Shown: in pieces, positions 61,401 to 64,000 of the stretch
Numbering within the stretch: position 1 is the stretch's first letter
Layout of the letters: each line of letters begins with the position of its first letter
NCBI GenBank assembly: GCA_964648985.1
Contig: CAZYMS010000001.1
Span: 1,215-65,214 of the forward strand
From: an uncultured Candidatus Saccharibacteria bacterium
GTDB taxonomy: Bacteria; Patescibacteriota; Doudnabacteria; UBA920
DNA length: 64,000 bases
Direction: 5' to 3'
The notes under the pieces: generated by a model
Told to the model about the DNA's origin: nothing
Seen by the model: the letters and a program-made list of their open reading frames with translations, nothing else
Database searches by the model: none
Translations under genes and position numbers: made by a program

Positions 61401-64000
61401 TGTTAGACGCAGCGCCAGTACCTGTAACTGCGATAGTAGCCAGAGATCCCGAGGTTAGCGAAGAGCTGGCCAAGGAAAGGGCGGTACCCGTAGTCAGAGA
61501 GTTTGCTACATAAGATAATCCTGTTGTAGTGGTGCCCGTAAAGTTTTGGGTCCAGGTATTAGCTCCTTGGTTAAGAACAAGAGCCGCATCCAGGTCCATG
61601 GTATCTTCAAAGTCTGTGTAGTCTAGGGTGTCGTCATCTACTTCACCTCCAGAAATTGTAGTACCCAGTACTGTCTGTAAATCGCCGCTTGAGAGTTGCA
61701 ATCCGGTGCCTACAAACTCATCTATTGCGTCACTGCCAATAGTAATGGTTTGAGCTGCAGCTATGGTGATGCCTGCATCAAAGGTTGTGGCGTTGGTTAT
61801 ATTTCCGCCAGACACAGTAAGGTCTCCTGCAAACGTACCGTTGCCGGATGAATCTATAGTGAGTTTATCGCTTGTTCCAAGCGCTGAACCAGAAATCTTA
61901 AATTTGTCGCTATCGGAATTGTCGATTCCTATAGTAAACGTGTTTGTGCCATCTGCGAGTTCAAAGCCGATTTGCGGATCGCCCGTGCTTGTGTTTCCGA
62001 TACTTATTTGAATAGGGCTGGAAGAGGAGCCTAATACTTCTAGTTTTTGATCCGGTGTAACATCGCCAATACCGACATTGCCATTCGTATCAATGCTTAA
62101 GAACGGATTGGTCCCGGGTGTGGTGCCGTCGCCAATTTGAAAGGTGTCATCATCATCGCCCCCTGCGTCATCTTGTACTCCCATCCAAAAATCAGTATCA
62201 GTAGCGGTGGTTGCGTTGAGTACCAGGCTCGGATCTGCTTTTGTGATGGTTTGGTTTGCGCTAAATACATTGGCCTGGTTTAAGTAGGCGACATTGTTCA
62301 ATGTTCCCGCTGTGTTAATGTTCGTCCCACTAAGCAAATAGTTGGCTGCGTCAAATGAGGTGTAGCCACTATCATCACCGAGCCTTGCTTGCAGTGTCGC
62401 GCTGCTCCGTTTAAGGGCAGGGAAGGAGGTTGTTGCTCCACCAAAAATAAGTAAGTTAAATGCGTTTGTGGCGCTATTTTGCAATAATAAATTAGAGTCA
62501 GCAGGAGAGCTTATAACACTGCGACCGTTAAATCCAATATACCTACTTGCTGCGGCGTATATGTCGTTTCCGCCGAATATAGTACTGGCGGTTGTTACCG
62601 TACCATCACTTTGTACAGAGAGTTTGCTAACGCCGCCGGTCTGCAAATCTAACAAATATTTGCCTGCGCTCCCGGTCGCTGTTTCAGTGGCGTTTACTAG
62701 AAGGGCGGTATATCCCCCAGCTCCGCTTTGGTTAATGACTGGTGCTATGCGTGCAAAAGTTTGAGCTGCCGTGCCAGTCAGTTCGCCAGTCGCTCCGGCA
62801 CTATTTACATCGAATGCCACAGGTGTAGAGGTGTTGTTAGAATCTGCTGCTTGTTGTACATGGAGTTGGGAAGTCGGCGCATTTATACCAACGCCAACAT
62901 TGCCTCCAAAGTAATTATTTCCCGCAGCGGCGTATAAGGCGTAGTTTGCTGCCCCATTGGTGGCAGATAGGTCTAACGCTATGTTTATACCACTTCCACT
63001 TTTGCTATTGCTAACAGATGCGCCATAGGTAAGATTCCCGTTTGAATTTCCAGAGTTTGAGACATTTAGTACTTGTTGCGTAGATCCTGAAGTGTTATCG
63101 GAAGTCGAACTAAATGTAATTACTGCCCCTGAAGTTACAGTACTGCTTGTCGCGTATAGGCCCGAGCCGCTTCCGCTCCCACTTGTAACTGAGCTAGAAA
63201 TAATAACCGATCCAGTGCCATTGGGGGCGATAAGCAGTGCTTCGTTTGTGCCGGTAGTAATATCTGTGGTAACGCCATTGAATTTCAGTCCGCCAGAAGA
63301 ATCTATTTGGAATAAATCTCCAGAGCCCACTGTTAGTAAGGCTGCTGGTGTGGTGTCGCCAATACCGATGTTTGTGCCATTTGTGAATAATACTGTTTGA
63401 TCATCTATGGTTGTGCCTGTTGATGGGTAATATCCAAAATAACCAGCAACACCACTGGCCACGGTTCCGGCGCCACATGCACCCCAGGAAGGAGCTGCGC
63501 TCGTATTGCCTGTTAAACATTGTCCTGTAGTACCTGCTGCGGTTACCTGAACAGCGCTCGTGCCATTGCCGTAGAGTACGCCATTTGTAGTGAATGTATT
63601 CGCACCCGTACCACCTTGTGCAACAGTCACCAGGGCATTATCCGTTAAGATGGTTGCTGAAGCGTTTGGTAAGGTAAATGTTTTGGTAGAAGTGGTAGGG
63701 CCAGTGAATGCAGTAAAGCCATTACCCGTACCACCATTGGCAGCTCCGAGAATGCCTGATACTTCAGCGGTAGCTAAATCTACTGCGGTCGAAGTAGAAC
63801 CACTACCCGTAAATAAGGAGGCGGTTAAAGTATCTGATACATATGCATCAGTCAGGGCAGTGCCGTTCCAAGTGCCTGTGGTAATTACTCCAGTGTTGGC
63901 GGTAACAACTAAACCATTGTAGGAAGCAGCTCCTGTGACAGCACCAGTCAGGGTAAGGGTGGTAAACGACCCACCAGCAGTACAAGCAAACGCACCAGTA
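55477..64000 (-). CDS. Giant (>2,840 aa) Thr/Gly/Ser/Ala/Asn-rich fibre-like surface protein with internal S74 intramolecular-chaperone domain and Pro-rich C-terminus; 5'-partial (continues past window end)
   Basis: The minus-strand frame stays open, with no stop, from 63630 to base 64000. I translated it by hand: ...TILTDNALV(GTG-start)TVAQGG. A CBM/LamG-like jelly-roll segment is present. An S74 block SSSDIRLKDVQGAF...ILYRWN...FSAQNIQTAIPEAV lies at about 56510-56740. The C-terminus is PAPEPTPAVDPEPE. Confidence 0.8.
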   Translation of the reverse strand, partial: TGAFACTAGGSFTTLTLTGAVTGAASYNGLVVTANTGVITTGTWNGTALTDAYVSDTLTASLFTGSGSTSTAVDLATAEVSGILGAANGGTGNGFTAFTGPTTSTKTFTLPNASATILTDNALVTVAQGGTGANTFTTNGVLYGNGTSAVQVTAAGTTGQCLTGNTSAAPSWGACGAGTVASGVAGYFGYYPSTGTTIDDQTVLFTNGTNIGIGDTTPAALLTVGSGDLFQIDSSGGLKFNGVTTDITTGTNEALLIAPNGTGSVIISSSVTSGSGSGSGLYATSSTVTSGAVITFSSTSDNTSGSTQQVLNVSNSGNSNGNLTYGASVSNSKSGSGINIALDLSATNGAANYALYAAAGNNYFGGNVGVGINAPTSQLHVQQAADSNNTSTPVAFDVNSAGATGELTGTAAQTFARIAPVINQSGAGGYTALLVNATETATGSAGKYLLDLQTGGVSKLSVQSDGTVTTASTIFGGNDIYAAASRYIGFNGRSVISSPADSNLLLQNSATNAFNLLIFGGATTSFPALKRSSATLQARLGDDSGYTSFDAANYLLSGTNINTAGTLNNVAYLNQANVFSANQTITKADPSLVLNATTATDTDFWMGVQDDAGGDDDDTFQIGDGTTPGTNPFLSIDTNGNVGIGDVTPDQKLEVLGSSSSPIQISIGNTSTGDPQIGFELADGTNTFTIGIDNSDSDKFKISGSALGTSDKLTIDSSGNGTFAGDLTVSGGNITNATTFDAGITIAAAQTITIGSDAIDEFVGTGLQLSSGDLQTVLGTTISGGEVDDDTLDYTDFEDTMDLDAALVLNQGANTWTQNFTGTTTTGLSYVANSLTTGTALSLASSSLTSGSLATIAVTGTGAASNTQKALNVSSAGTSANNQTTYTGYFANSTSGTDNTNIGLYAIANNAYTNIAGQFQATVAGGGVLNVGLHAYASTSASDYINLVLGSSVPATGNYSIYSSSTSDSYFAGEIGIGITNPSSALHVVAPAQTVASATSAEYTTGTFTSPTITLTGSTAVTTAMDSFLFNAPTIQDNDATQVAITNANSVTISSAPIAAGSTGVAITNAVGLRIGTADLTTGSGAVTNGYGLYIDAPTGATNNYGAVFTGGNVGIGTTSPTAFLHIGSNGAASNPGAKLSGSWFTGGDSTTTKPQLLVEASGATSTGWSTSGTGLGINAPSGFNGRIIDVKLNGTTAFSLNEAGGISTIGQGITNFSATSGYWYQPAATVSVGNNGDSGASNLLLRAGVSGSSGGNITFSVNNSTTGIWNSTGLGIGTGTPVDPLSISTAINASATHALFNLSNTALSSGSTNGTYIGANPASFTGNFFDFQVANTSVAKLTSGGALTVTSCTGCAGAATAFDAIGDPSGNGAINMGTTTQTLDWGATTTTDNLSITSSATGLTSGSALKVTSATTGAVTNGIVQLTASGAYTGSGGLLNVTGNATTGGVVQSVSGTGITTGTITNIAAGSGITSGAALKVSASGTSAIANGLVQISHSGAYTSTGGLLNVTSSASTAGTLVNLTNNTASFTGTALNISTTGITSGTGIQVTGGGSMAGGQLMGLVMGTASTGTALNISANGGAYTGTGLLAFNSNSLTSGTMMSIAANGASQTSAKYIDIAQTGTTTGFTGSLINLSSTSTTGAATFINLAANSSTVGIGQAISMTSLTTGSALSLTGPTSTGVITGTSSGFMKVVSDVGSGSTAGVLAYFAPDYSGSTSTGYGIKIDGTDSTATNKTNYNLQSNLTMTGNGGKTGYGLYSNVTSDSTSNSYALYGGYFSANATGAISANTRDIYGIYSAPSSSTGASNGGTTNIYGGYFLPTSSDSTTGATVNSYGIFAQANGRLTTGGTLNSYGAYIANSNTHSTGTTTKIGLYVEEPTSGDTNYAAIFAGGNIGVAKTTPSERLNLGDGSDLLLDSGYMYSPQGGFGRSENRIKYTEELDNAAWTKTGVSITANSTTGPDGYTTADTIGAGGSSTDNVKQADWLSTSSTSTTWTGSVWLKKSSGSGTVNLRLDSGNQTGTANTVTVTTSWQRFTVTQAFNGSSTGTVTFIINNGTTAYYAWGAQLEKQSTAGIYVRNGSRGNTNASMGLVVNSRESVGGGESATSNAFTFNFDGWDAAASGYTTGMYIRSLSDVGYAPYHIKTFNEAYDTYGSIATSNVSGFDFSTGGVTTGARYRFSDVSTNFATISNVTSQPGLRLIGSANIKANATSELTGDIDPAASTTVTGSGTAFLTELAVGDRITVTGETRTVTAIASDTSLTVDTAFSNNANDTTPDKLPALLSVIDSSNSPGLIIQNDGRVGIGTAAPDSLSTVDIQKSQNTYSILRVYNNNSGSSASARIALGNDSNAYGGQMIYSSSTETTFGGANSLNFYNGANAPIAFFTNGVNQRVTISGAGGFRIHAFGTGTVSSDASGNLTSSSDIRLKDVQGAFDRGLSSIMAIDPILYRWNALSGLDQTFLNAGFSAQNIQTAIPEAVDTDPQGYLSLSDRPILAALVNATKELNNTSLIQDPKGNVSKPSFTFTVGEQDGQVINEVGGGTIEGHDTSFIINQKDSGNLLQLQKDGMDNFLVANDGTVHINANLASGIVLEITNADTSLFTINTKGTAILTGTLVVKKDVAVLGRILGSTAIVAKNTSNETIHQGDLLMLTGATEEPILGDQPTLTIAKAVAGANTIIVGVADRNLSDFNISPDSPITDDPTTIKPGEYVSIVITGTYKKVFVNGSVSLGDKLTASTFAGKAAKLPSEAQGQVFGISLDSTPDNTGSIRVMLLSTFQQVTQIVQQAPVVQNNTPPENTHQTDPPSPTTEEGGDGAESETPAPEPTPAVDPEPEIVTE

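Noticed and set aside
1-64000. rRNA, tRNA, tmRNA, RNase P RNA genes; transposase/integrase genes
   Set aside because: No intergenic segment shows tRNA T-loop/anticodon-arm hallmarks or rRNA-like conservation. No ORF shows DDE/tyrosine-recombinase motifs.

Overview
This 64-kb window is dense bacterial chromosome with standard genetic code; long ORFs end at TAA/TAG and there is no sign of TGA recoding. It holds the replication-origin gene block (dnaA, dnaN, recF) and the RNA polymerase core (rpoB, rpoC), with a HelD-like helicase beside them. Other core genes are ruvA, ruvB, uvrB, polA, rpsT, tsaE and a Mur-ligase gene next to a FemAB-like gene. A putative carbohydrate-use and surface cluster contains a GH1 beta-glucosidase, an ABC exporter pair and two large exported multidomain proteins. 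The window also holds a PilB/GspE ATPase, a RhuM-Fic gene, a DinB-like gene, a DUF62-like gene behind a promoter-plus-terminator leader, and two tandem paralogous surface-protein genes. The largest gene is a giant (>2,800 codons), Thr/Gly/Ser/Ala-rich fibre-like gene that runs off the 3' end of the window and contains a phage-tail-fibre-type S74 intramolecular chaperone domain. Very few genes have Shine-Dalgarno sequences. That, together with the giant surface protein, the PilB gene and the minimal-looking metabolism, resembles small-genome CPR/Patescibacteria-like bacteria, but this is only an impression. The most unusual signal is a family of perfect heptanucleotide tandem arrays. They sit in frame inside conserved genes (FemAB-like, Mur ligase, TsaB-like, uvrB) and as degenerate arrays in intergenic regions. 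There is also a pair of about 90-100 bp palindromic elements sharing ATTCC(C/G)G...C(C/G)GGAATGAC termini, one intergenic and one in frame inside polA. I found no rRNA, tRNA, CRISPR array, transposase or integrase.
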